A stretch of DNA of 34,458 nucleotides from Octopus sinensis (GCF_006345805.1 NW_021831680.1:1-34458); one strand, 5' to 3'. Shown: positions 21,624 to 33,179, counted from the stretch's first letter. Notes: generated by a model from the sequence alone, not told the origin. Program-made: numbers and translations.

Positions 21624-22016
21624 AATATCAATATATGGTATAATGTATACCATATATTATACCACATATGTATACCACAGTAATCATAAACTGAGACACA
21701 AAGAATTCTCTAATATACTTTAGTCTGAAAAGACCTAGCACATCAGTGGAGAACAACTTAGAAACTACGAGAACATAAGATACTAAATATATTTACAATC
21801 AACCAAACACACAAATTCACATCCTATCCTCAGTTGCCTATTGGATATCATTATGCTTTTGACACCTGGACAGTATAAATTATCCGGGTGTGACAACAGC
21901 GTTAAAAACAAATGCTGCCTGGGTATTAATAGATAGGAAATAGAGACCAAACATGATATATATATATATATATATATATATATCATATATATATATATAT
22001 AATATATATATATATA

Positions 22017-22140
22017 ACGGCGGGCTTCTTTCACTTTCCGTCTACACCAATCCACTCACAAGGATTTGATCGGACTGAGAAGTGCTACACTGTAGAAGTG
22101 CTACACTTGCCAAGCTTCTTACCACATAGCTATGCCTGCA
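22017..22140 (-). mobile_element. SINE family A 5' half, rearranged
   Basis: cgggcttctttcactttccgtctac matches the reverse complement of gtagacggaaactgaaagaagcccgtcg at about 1320. Confidence 0.7.
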
Positions 22141-22186
22141 TCTATACACACACACACACACACACCACATACACAATATACATACA

Positions 22187-22237
<51 letters not shown>

Positions 22238-22241
22238 CAAA

Positions 22242-22521
22242 CAATTGCAGCGTGAAGGTGTTTATAAGCCATTTAAAAACACACAAAAACCGTTAGATTC
22301 ACTTCAACATTTAAATTTAATTTGCAGAATATTTTCGTCGCGTTGAGACTGCGACCTGTTCACTGGCAAAATTCCATGGTGCACAGAATTTTGTCAGTGA
22401 ACAGGTCGCGGTCTCAAAGCGACGAAAATATTTTGGCAAATTAAATTGAAATGTTGAAGTGAATCTAACGGTTTTTGTGTGTTTCTTAAATGGCTTACAA
22501 ACACCTTCCACGCTGCAATTG
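22242..22521. mobile_element. Foldback (near-palindromic) MITE-like element, 280 bp
   Basis: Arms 22242-22374 and 22386-22521 are reverse complements with few mismatches; 11-nt spacer catggtgcaca. Confidence 0.9.
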
Positions 22522-22688
22522 CTTTCGTTCCAGCACACGATCTCAGATCAGGTCACTTGCTATGCAATTATGTATCCGTAACATATATATATATATAACA
22601 TATATTATAATATATATATATATATATAATATATATATATATATACATACATACATACATACCATACATACATACATATATATATACA

Positions 22689-22823
22689 CGACGGGTTTCT
22701 TCCAGTTTCCGTCAACTAAATCCCTGGGTATAGCTTCGGTCCGAAGCTATACCCAGGGTGTCACGTAGTGGGACTGAACCCGAAACTATGTGGTTGGGAA
22801 GCAAGCTTCTTACGACATACCCA
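22689..22823 (-). mobile_element. SINE family A 5' half containing a perfect 37-bp palindrome
   Basis: cgacgggtttcttccagtttccgtc...cacgtagtgggactgaacccgaaactatgtggttgg is the reverse complement of the family A head. Confidence 0.8.
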
Positions 22824-22869
22824 CAGACGTATGTACATATGTGTATGTGAATGTTTATTCTTTCTTTCC

Positions 22870-22874
22870 TTCTT

Positions 22875-22906
<32 letters not shown>

Positions 22907-23260
22907 CATATATATATGTTTATATTTATATGCGTGTGTGTGTACGAAGTGTATATGTGTGTAACTATACACACACACATATGCACATACACCGACATAG
23001 TCATACATGCATGCATACATCCACAACCACATGCAACATGCATATTTATATTATCTATCTATTTATCTATATATATATATATACATGCATATATACATAC
23101 ATACACACACTCACATACATATTTACACATGTACACATATATATATACACACTCATACACACATCTACACGTAGACTCCCATAGGCCTGATTTTGTGTGT
23201 GTGTGTGTGTGTTGTGTGTGTGTGTGTGTGTGCGTACGTGTATGTATGTGTGTGTGTGTA
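22870..23260. repeat. Compound (CT)/(TA)/(CA)/(TG) microsatellites
   Basis: Read directly. Confidence 0.9.
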
Positions 23261-23559
23261 TTGTCCCCGGCAATAGTGTCGTCTGCTGACATGGAAGAAA
23301 ATAAAAACCTTCTGTTTACTTGCTTGAGCAGACAGTTTAATAACTGGGGCAGAAGTAACTAATTTCATCTCCCTGCTGTCCTCCCTCAGGAAAACATCGT
23401 CGCCAAAACTTCATCAGACTCTTCTTTCTGTCCATCCTTACGTAAACCTCACTTGTTCCTTCCTGTTTCCCTTCTGTTTGGAATTCAATTTTATCGCCCT
23501 CCACTTAATAGATTTTTTAACAATATTTTTCCCACATTTTTTAGCATTTTCTTCTAACG

Positions 23560-23895
23560 TTATTTTAACATTCTTTTTTTCATTATAATTACCTTTCTTC
23601 TTTTCTTTCACTCATTCTTTATTCATTTATTTATTTATTCTTTTCTTTTCTTTCATTCCTCCTTTCTTTCATTCTTTCTTTCTTACTTTGCTTCTTTCTT
23701 TCTTCCTTCCTTCCTTCTTTCCTTTCTTCTTTCTTCATTACTTCTTTTCTGCTATACTTTTATTCTTCAGTGCTTAATCTCTCTCTCTTTCTCATCTCTT
23801 TTTCTCTCTCTCTCATTCTCCCTCTCTCTTTCTGTATTTCTTAATCTATTTGTTTGTTTCTTCCCCCTCTCTCACACTCACTCAACCTCTCTCCC
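23560..23895. repeat. Pyrimidine-rich (TTC/TTTC/CT) tract
   Basis: Read directly. Confidence 0.85.
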
Positions 23896-24304
23896 TCGTA
23901 TAACGGGTAATTTTTCTCCGCGTTATTATTTCATTTACTCACACATCACACACACACACACACCACACACACACACACACCCACACACACACACACACAC
24001 ACGCATGAATATTTACATACATACACACACATATACATATATATATATGCATATATAAATACACATGCATATATATACATACATTCGTAAATACACACAC
24101 ACACATACACACGTATATGTGTATGTATGTATGTCTGTATATACATATATACAATGGTTTCATCAGCCGAGGTGATTACTTTGTTACTTTGCTGAGTCCT
24201 CAAGATTGATGTAGAGGGTGAAGAGTGAAGAAGAAACCATGGATTAATTAAGGTCCAGCTATCAAATTTTGTTCTAACCAAACAAGATCTTGTGTATATC
24301 CTAG

Positions 24305-24580
24305 CAACTGAGTGATCTCCAACAACCCCGTCGTCCAGGCGGGGTTGTTACGTCGGATGACGAATTTAATGTACCACCAAAAAGCATCAAGCATAATCCA
24401 CACGAGGGTGGATTATTGCATGCATTTTCACACGCTGTCACTCATGTGGCTTAGCCTTTACAGTTGTTATGAGAAAGGACAGCTGCTTATCCATGGTGCT
24501 GAGCTATGGAGTCGAACTCCGAGCTCTTTGATTATAGAAAAATAACGTTGGTAAAATAAAGCTATTAGGCCACTGGAAAA
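24305..24580 (-). mobile_element. Decayed tRNA-derived (Pol III-type) element with a hairpin-rich body
   Basis: Minus strand has A-box-like tggcctaatag and B-box gttcgactc, followed by perfect 9-bp and 10-bp stems. Confidence 0.4.
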
Positions 24581-25067
24581 AGACTGCCACGAACCAGCCT
24601 GAGAATAACTGTGTGGTCGCTCTGTTTGCTAGAAATTACAGCAAAATTTCTCTCAAACCATGCCCATTTGCTTAGAAACGAAGGACAATGTTGTATAATG
24701 TAGCTTTGAATGCACTGTGTCTGAAAAAATCCGTGTAACGGTCGCAGATAGAATGTCTGTTTATAGCTTTGTTCGGAGATTTGGCTGCTCTTCTTAGCAG
24801 ACTGGACTACCGCATACAGAATCCCAACTCGGCTCATGTTGCCTGCTGCCACTAATCACATAAAGTATACATTAATTAAAAAGTGATATTTAATTAGCTG
24901 TGGCACACTTAACACTTCATGTTCTATTGAATAATTCTGGTGAAATGAAAACCTATCAAATATTAATTAAATACACAGCAATAACACAATCTCTTAAACT
25001 GTAATCAAATACATACCAAACATACAAATATTTATTTCCATTTTACAAACACAAGTCAACGCGATAT

Positions 25068-25175
25068 GCAGGCATAGCTGTGTGGTTAGGAAACCTACTT
25101 CGAAAGTAAGTGGTTTCGGGTTCGATCCTGCTGTGGAACTACTTTCAGAACATGCCTTTTACAGTATCATCGCGT
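25068..25175 (+). mobile_element. SINE family A-like head, diverged
   Basis: gcaggcatagctgtgtggttaggaaacc...gggttcgatcc. Confidence 0.55.
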
Positions 25176-25251
25176 TGATCAGCGCCTTAGGTATAGAAAC
25201 TATTTGGATCGCTTCAAAGATCACTTCTGTATTTGTTATGTGGCGGGTTGT

Positions 25252-25452
25252 AAGACGGCGAACTGACAGAATCGTTAACACACCGGACAAAATGCTTTAG
25301 GGCGTTTCGTCGTCTTCACATTCTGAGTTCAAATTCCACCAAGGCCGACTTTGCCTTTCTTCCTTTCGAGGTCGATAAATAAGTATCAGTTGAACACTGA
25401 AATCAATGTAATCGACTTACCCTCTCCCTTACAAATGCTGTGCTAAAGTTTG
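25252..25452 (+). mobile_element. SINE family C copy
   Basis: aagacggcgaactgacagaatcgttaacac...ctgagttcaaattccaccaaggccgactttgcc...gtaatcgacttaccc. Confidence 0.8.
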
Positions 25453-26620
25453 TATGTCATAGTTCACTTTTATTTCAAGATTGCTTGCCAAAAGAGAAAG
25501 ATCCGGTTTCTATCATAGATCCAAGGCTAGGTTATTTTTGTATGCATGTATGTATGCATGAATGTATGAATATGTGCAGATTTGTATGCTTTGTTTTATG
25601 TATGTATTCTCATGCATATAGTTGCATATCTAGACATGCTCATATATATTTAAATGATAAACCTCTGGTAAGTTTTACAGATTTTTACAGTTCTATTGAT
25701 TATTGGATCTGTAGTCTTCGAATTAGCTTTCTCCTTTCTGGTTTTGTATGTATGTATGTAATCTGGGGAGATATGCATGTTTGTATGTATGTATGTATCT
25801 TTATATGTATGAATGTTTGTATGTACGTTTCTAATTATATAAACAATGTTTTTAGGCCAAGTTAGTTCAGTGTTCCTAACGATAAATCATAATGCACGTA
25901 TTTCACATAACCAGAAACCTCAAATATTTTTCTTTTTATATTCAATTACATCCAAGTATGTCTTTCTGTGTTCTCGTTAACACACGATTTCCTTTCTCAA
26001 TTCACAGACACTTTCAGACTCTCTAGTCTTTCATTCTTTCATTCCTTTAACCTACTAATCCCGTACATTTATTCCACAGAGAGATAATATATAAGAGAAG
26101 CTATTTGAACCCTAATTTAGATACGCAGTCTATCCACACAAGGGTCTTTATTAACAACAGAAAATGGAGTGGGATACAAAGGGGGATAGACGTAAGGTCT
26201 TCAGAAATACATCATTCTGCCCTGTAAAAGTTATTATTTATTTAAGTATCAAAACTAGGAGTTTTGTATTTATCATATTGTAGCATAAAGGGACGTGTAT
26301 GTAGACAAAACACATCCGGATCTTTATTCCTTCATTGACCCCCGATGCCGCCTTCACCACTCTCCCCTCTCCCCGCCGCTACCACCTACCGTCTGCTTGC
26401 TACATACACAAGAGTCTTTATTGAAGCTGGTATTCCGATATAAGCAAACCCCTAACAGAGCCTTATTGTTCCCAATTGACATAGAGTAGGACTCGGTTTC
26501 ACCTTTTTGGTCCATGCCTTTTGTCCATAAAGGGTCAATATGCTATGTGTAGGAAATCATAAAACAAAACTGACATAATCACCAAAGCGAGTGCGCGCTC
26601 GTGTGTGTGTTTGGGTGTAT

Positions 26621-26734
<114 letters not shown>

Positions 26735-26884
26735 GGGTAGACAGATAGATAGTCAGATACATACATATATATAAAGAGTGAGGAAGAGTGGAAGAAATAC
26801 ACACACACTCACACACACACACATATGTATGTATGCATGTATTATGTATTTATCTATGTGTGTGTTTGTGTGTTTGTCTCTGTG

Positions 26885-27085
26885 GTTATTCCCCACCACC
26901 ACCACCACTTGACAACCGATGTTGGTGTGAATACAACCCCGTAACTAGGTGGTTCGGCAAAAGAGGCCGATAGAATAGGCACCAGGATTGTTTTTTAAAA
27001 TAAGTACTGGGGTCGATTTGTACGATTAAAACCGTCCAAGGTAGTGCCCCAGCTTGACTGCAGTCAAACAACTAAATAACAAAAA
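26885..27085 (+). mobile_element. SINE family A 3' half
   Basis: cttgacaaccgatgttggtgtg...ggttcggcaaaagaggccgatagaata...tactggggtcgatttg. Confidence 0.8.
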
Positions 27086-27419
27086 TGAATATACACATTA
27101 CTAAAATGTGATGAAACAATTCTTCAGATTGCTGCTAAGCTGTTATATGTATAACTTTACAAGCATAGGTCCATAACAGATGCTTCGTGGAGACGAATAC
27201 GGCTGATTTCATGTTTTTAATAGAGTATCTATTTTAAGTATGATATATAGACTGCTACTGTGAACTAATACCGCTTCCTTTCTTAATAACGAATAGGTAT
27301 GTATGAATATATATATATATGTATTTGTGTGTGTGTGTGACCGAGTAAGCACGTAAATATGAAACAAGCTGGAAAAATAGTACTCGAATACCAAAGGTAG
27401 AGTAATATGCTTTCTTATG

Positions 27420-27493
27420 AAAGCTGCAAAAACATCACAAAAATATCACAGTCGCAGTTCTTTGTGATATTTTTGCGATGTTTTTGCAGCTTT
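27420..27493. repeat. 74-nt inverted repeat (31-bp arms, 1 mismatch, 12-nt loop)
   Basis: aaagctgcaaaaacatcacaaaaatatcaca / tgtgatatttttgcgatgtttttgcagcttt. Confidence 0.9.
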
Positions 27494-28110
27494 AATAATA
27501 AAGAATATATATACACACGCACACACACCTATATATATAAACACACGTATCTATCGATCTATCCTTCTATTCATACATACACATAATAAACGAGCCTTGG
27601 ATCTAGATTAGAAACCGGCTCTTTCTGTTTCTTGAAATAAAATTGAATAATGGCATACATACATGTGTACACTTACGAAATGCTTTTTCGGAATGTTTAC
27701 AGCAATATAAGGCGTTTTAAACAACACAACCATGTTAGGTTGGATGTTCTTATTGTATGTGTGTGTGCACGTGCGTGCATGTGTGTGTACACGAACATAT
27801 ATGCATCTCCTTTCTGCTTTTCTTCTTGTCTTCTTTACCAGCATCTCTTGTATAAACATTATCAGCTTAAAATACAACGGACAAACAGTCTTGTTCCCAG
27901 CTTGATAAATGGCGGAATAAATCATTTTGCTCAGGAAACCCTAGGTAACTGTATTTACAAGATCTGTGGTTTTTTATTAAAAGATTATTTATATGCATAT
28001 ATATCAATATTAGAAGCAGACAGACGATCAAAGTCATTGAGTGAATTTTAACTTTGAGGTGTAATACATATATTGAAATTTATAAATAAAACGAGTAATC
28101 GTTAAAATAT

Positions 28111-28352
28111 AGGGGTAAAGACCCCCTTCGGTCATGAATGACCATGGGATTGCACCTAGAAAGTTATCCTCCTAGACACAAGTCCGGGCAAGGTTGTTTA
28201 TGGAAGGCCAGCAGTCGCCCATGCATACCAGCCTCCCCTCTCCACGCCACCAGTGTTATCCAAGGGAAAGACAAAGGTCGATACAGCTTGGCACCAGTGA
28301 CGTCGCAGCTCATTTCTACAGCTGAGTGAACTGGAGCAACGTGAAATAAAGT
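28111..28352 (-). mobile_element. SINE family D, 5'-truncated
   Basis: Reverse complement aligns to about 8105-8342 (ttgctccagttcactcagctg...atcccatggtcatt...ccgaagg). Confidence 0.85.
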
Positions 28353-28399
28353 AATTAAATAGTTATGTCAAATTAATAATATTTATGTAAGTTACAATT

Positions 28400-29350
28400 A
28401 ATTATTGGAAATATTTTGAAGTGTGTTGAGACCGGAGAATTACGAAATCAAAGGCGCCATCAATATAGCGTAATATATCCGTTCAAAGCAAGAAATGTGA
28501 AGAGAAATACAGACAAATGCTCTGGAATTAAAGCTAAAAACAGGAAAGATATTGTGAAACATCGAAGAAGGTATAAACAAAATTAGAATCAGCGGAAATA
28601 TAAGACTATCATTAAGAAGTTGTAGCAAGATATACTATCAAACTTATTTTATTTTAGAAGCACTAAGAAATACAGTGAAGTAATACCAACAAAATAATTA
28701 GATAGAATTAAGGACATAAAGTGAAGCTGAATAAATAATTAAATGAGAGTTGATGATAAACAACTATTTATGGAAAAGCTAATGAAAATAACATTTAAAG
28801 AATATACTGGAGCTAAAAGAAAAACAAATTGCATTAATTTGTTAGTTGGATGTGAGGTTAAATGACTAAACGGCTAATGCAGATAAAGTTGTATCTTGTT
28901 ATAACTAAATTAGATTAATGGAGTAAAAGATGGTACTTTAAAAAGATCAGAGTTTTACTTTAATGCGTTCTGGTTGCCAAGTTTGTCAGATATAATTACA
29001 AAGAAGGAAAGACAAATAAATTGAGAAAAAGAAACACACTAGCTATTATATGTAATATATCATAATTTTATGTATAAAAATATTTAATGATGAAAGAATT
29101 TAACTCGCTAATTAAGTAGAAGCAAGAAGTACTACGGTATCATGCAGAAGCTATTAAAACTATACCAATATATACAAAGGATGTGGGAACATAAGAACAT
29201 TATAATATTACAGTTTCAGAATTATAATAGGCTTAAATAATCTTAGAGTTTTGAAGATCCTACGTCGGCAAGATAGGATTAATGCTGATCGTCGATTAAG
29301 TAATTTCAGCTTGGACTATAGAATTACATAATTTTCGGGTAAGGGTTTTT
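28400..29350 (+). mobile_element. Possible very old LINE ORF2 remnant (L2/CR1-like)
   Basis: A-rich strand bias; NADKVV (about 28876-28893, cf. YADD motif) followed by WSKRW (28919-28933, cf. WxxxW after the RT core). Weak and highly decayed. Confidence 0.3.
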
Positions 29351-29362
29351 ATGCGTTGATAA

Positions 29363-29440
29363 AAATTCTTCAAAGCAGTGCCCCAGCATGGCCGCAGTCT
29401 AATGACTGAAACAAGTAAAAGAATAAAAAAGAAAAAGAAA
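29363..29440 (+). mobile_element. SINE family A, extreme 3' end only
   Basis: cttcaaagcagtgccccagcatggccgcagtctaatgactgaaacaagtaaaagaataaaa. Confidence 0.8.
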
Positions 29441-29469
29441 AAAAACTTGAGCCGTTTGAATCAGTATCA

Positions 29470-29716
29470 ACCAAAGCAACAACAGCAACAACAACAAAAT
29501 AATAATAATAATATAATAATAATAATAAAATAATAATAATAATAATAATAATGATGATGATGATGATGATTTCATTTATTTGCCACCAGGGTGAAGGATG
29601 AGGGGGACAATACAAAAACAGACATAAAGTGTGGGTTTTTTTTTACATATAGTGAAATAAAATAATTAAATAACAAAATAACAAAATGATGACGATGATG
29701 ATGATAATAACAGCAA

Positions 29717-29806
<90 letters not shown>

Positions 29807-30098
29807 CGTAGTGTCGACTGCAGAAACAACAGCAACGATAAGTAACAACATCAAGAGCAACAGCATCAACAGCATCATCATCGGTAACATCAACATCAAC
29901 GACAACATCAACGTCAACGATATCAACAAGAACGTAACATCAATATCAATATAAAAAAAACAATAACATCTACAACAACAGCAACAGCAATAGCAACCAT
30001 CGCCTGAAAAGCTATTTACAAATAATATTTTTAGAGATTTGCCCTCCACACATCTTCCCGGGATAAAAGAAAGAAATAACATAGTAGTAGTAGTAGTA

Positions 30099-30134
<36 letters not shown>

Positions 30135-30180
30135 AGTAGTAGTAGTAGTAGTAGCCCCCACCACCACCATCAGCAGCAGA
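29470..30180. repeat. Compound AAC/AAT/GAT/AGC/AGT trinucleotide field
   Basis: Read directly; includes a short retroposon-like 3' end on the minus strand at about 29570-29615. Confidence 0.85.
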
Positions 30181-30408
30181 AGCAACAAGCAACAGTTGAG
30201 TCTTCCTTAGTTTCTTTCATGTAAAAGGTCAACTCGGTGGAATGGCGATTCATGTCAGATTAATATCGGAAAATGGAAAGCAATTAGAGAAACGGATCAT
30301 GTTTTGATACAGCAGCCAGGGACTTTCCCTTTACAATACAATATACACCCTTCAACAATGATAATAGCAACAGCACCACCACCGCCACTATCAGCAGCAA
30401 CAACTGCA

Positions 30409-30412
<4 letters not shown>

Positions 30413-30476
<64 letters not shown>

Positions 30477-30490
30477 GATAATAATAATAA
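30413..30490. repeat. (TAA)n microsatellite, left flank of the R4/Dong insertion
   Basis: About 25 units with one aag interruption. Confidence 0.95.
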
Positions 30491-30492
30491 AT

Positions 30493-30970
30493 TGGTACGA
30501 TCACAAACCTGAAGGCATCGTGGAAAATAGAAATGCAAAGATCCTATGGGATTTTATGATTCAGTGGGATTATGAGATTGAGAATAGGAAGCCGGACATA
30601 GTCTTAGTTGAGAAAGAAAACAAACTATGCTGGATCATAGATATAGCACGCCCAGCTGACAAGCTATGCGATAAAGAAGAAAGAAAGGTCGAGAGATATG
30701 ACAGGTTAGCTTTGGAGGTTAAGCAGGTGTGGTCGAGGAAAAAGGTAACAGTAGTACCAATAATTGTCGGAGCCCTGGGAACAGTGAGTAAAAATCTCGA
30801 GAAGTACGTGGTACAAATAGGGGCTGCAATAAGGGTGGCGCACTTGCAGAAAACAGCTCCGCTCGAATACTCCGGAAGGTGCTCGAAAAATAAGAGGTGT
30901 TACCTTAGTTCACTGGTAGTGAACAGCTGACACTGTAGTACATCTCCAGCGTTGGAAGCTGTGCAAAGGC
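30493..30970 (+). mobile_element. 5'-truncated R4/Dong-clade non-LTR retrotransposon: restriction-like endonuclease domain plus 3' UTR
   Basis: WYDHKPE..ILWDF.IQ.D..I..RKPDIVLV......IIDIA.P......K..K..RY..L..E....W....V.VVPIIVGALG; after a frameshift the end reads ARILRKVLEK* (30861-30893); (TAA)n on both sides. Confidence 0.9.
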
Positions 30971-31013
<43 letters not shown>

Positions 31014-31065
31014 TAATAATAATATAATAATAATAATAATAATAATAACAATAATGATGATGATT
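30971..31065. repeat. Imperfect (AAT)n microsatellite, right flank or tail of the R4/Dong insertion
   Basis: Read directly. Confidence 0.95.
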
Positions 31066-31539
31066 AGCCACAAGTCTTCGAAGAGGTACAGAAAAATATA
31101 AAGAAATGTTCAACGTAGTGCTTTGAAAGATGTGTGATGTGGGATGAATAGTTCAGACAAGATCAATAGGAGGCGTAGTAGACGTTATATAATATATAAT
31201 TGTACGAACTAGAAATTATAGACGTGCGTAGGCGCACAGATATTTACATGAAATAAATAAAAAATTGTGGTGATAAGGAGGTGATTCCTGGTCGTTTATA
31301 TTTTACCGTTATTGCTGCTTTTTATTTCTGATGGTTGTGGCTAGCAGAGGTGGTCCTCCAATCTGTTGGTTAGTTGAATACAGGGCTTTTTTTATGACTC
31401 CAGAGTTAAACCAATCAATCTTAATATTGTATTCTTGTCGCTTTTTTTCCTTGAGTCATTATGTGCACAAAAACCCTTAAACGGCTTTTGTTGCCACAGG
31501 TTTTCTTTCCTGAATGCAGTGTTTGAAGGTTTCCCTGTC

Positions 31540-31700
31540 AGTACCATCCACAGAACACAGCTCTGGAATTGTTATTTAGTCTTGCAGAAACATGAGAACT
31601 TGTATGTCCACGAGGAACCCTGCTTCACCCCACTCACACGACAATATATTGTCGAAAATTACGCCGTGACTGCAAGCCAGGGATCAAATCGTCACCAATG
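31540..31700 (-). mobile_element. Possible decayed LINE reverse-transcriptase fragment
   Basis: Minus strand CRVSGVKQGSS around 31617-31640 resembles the G(V/L)xQG RT motif; little other support. Confidence 0.25.
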
Positions 31701-32519
31701 TTTCTAACGACGACTCTTGTGTTTTACATTCTCAAATATTGTTGGATTGGTTTATAAGGACGATTTGAGGTTGTGCTTTAAAATCCGTCCTCTGTTTTAA
31801 AGATGATGACACTTAAGGTATCATCCGACCTCTATCTTTCACTAATGGAGATTCCCCTGAACCTACCTGACCCAGGGCTTTGCTAAGACTACGGAGGTTA
31901 GACTCCTCCTCTTGCGTGCCTCTGTTCGAGTGCATTTTGTTATTGCTCAATACAGTTTCGTCTTGACGAAGTTCTTGAAAGTATATAGTTACTTCTGCTG
32001 CTGCTGCTAATGTTGTTGTTGTTGTTGTTGTTGTTGTTGATAATGATGATGATGATGATGATGTTGTTTTGAAGTGTTCTGTCCGCTCGTTGTTTCTTGC
32101 TGAAAAGTCAATATTGTTTTTAATTTCCGGTCATTCATTTGTTCGTGTGCTCATTAATCATATTTTAATATTTATTTTTGTTTTTTTTTATATTTCAATA
32201 GTTGCAAAGCAATTTCTCATCGGGGTGGATCCTAAAAAAGAAGAAACCTGTTTTTGTCTTAGAATTTTTAGCACAATAAAACAGAAAGAGTTAAAGCAGA
32301 AACGACCTTGTCTATCCCTGTAGTGAGGTAGACATTCCCAAAAATTCAATAATAGTCCCAGTTTGAAATAGTATCCAAAATGAAATTTAGTTTCATCATT
32401 CAAACTTGAGAATTCTCGGAGCAAAATATTGGAACCTCCCGACAGCAGTATTTACTGACATAAGAAACAAGGCACGAAAGCTGAAGAAAGAGGAATAGGC
32501 GATTACATCGACCACGATA

Positions 32520-32940
32520 CTTGAGTGGCATTTTATTTTACTGACCCTGGAAGGATGCACAGCGAACTTGAACTCCACGGGATTTGAATATGAGTTGGAA
32601 GAACGCGGCAAGGAATTCGTCAGACTGTCTAAATATTCCTAAAGTGAAGAATCCATGTAAAAGTTGATTATCTTATCTAGCGACTCCAGAAGAATTGAAC
32701 TCTGAGTGTAAGAGCCGGAACAAATATGCATAGTAATTGGTTCAACGCTTTGAAAGAATTTACCAATACATACCTCTAAAAGGGAAAAATGGACCTAAAT
32801 GCAGAAAGGGGACTTATTCTATCCACCCCAGAATGATGGAAAGTAAAGTTGACCCCGTTGTGATTTGACCTCAAAGCATATAGAAACGAAACAAACACCA
32901 CAAGGTATTTTGTACGATGCTCTAACGATTCTGCTCCAAA
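32520..32940 (-). mobile_element. Cluster of strongly diverged family C-like SINE fragments
   Basis: cattttattttactgaccctggaaggatg...; gacttattctatccacccc...gtaaagttgacccc...ctctaacgattctgc. Confidence 0.5.
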
Positions 32941-33179
32941 TGATTTCTTTTAATGGGCCACAAGAGCCCGAGAATTTTGGTGACAAAATAATTAACTATG
33001 CGATAGTATTTAGGAGTATCTGTATCGTTAATGGCACCTATTTGTCTAATAGGGGGAAACCTAGTGAAGAGCTCTTGTAGAATCTAAAAGATCATGTAAC
33101 GACATTTCTAAAGTTTCATTGAAACTTTAGTAAATGCTGAAATTTATAAAAAGTCAGCGAAAATATTCAATCTTCAGAA

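Noticed and set aside
24154-24240. Minus-strand ctgatgaaacc and the atggtttc/gaaaccat inverted repeat
   Set aside because: CTGATGA and GAAA overlap, leaving no stem II; an 8-bp inverted repeat is within chance.
26290-26530. GC-richer unique segment with short ORFs on both strands
   Set aside because: No recognisable domain, splice pair or promoter architecture; cannot be supported without expression data.
30304-30492. N-terminal part of the 208-aa ORF (poly-Ile)
   Set aside because: Read-through of the (TAA)n flank in the ATA frame; not part of the retrotransposon protein.
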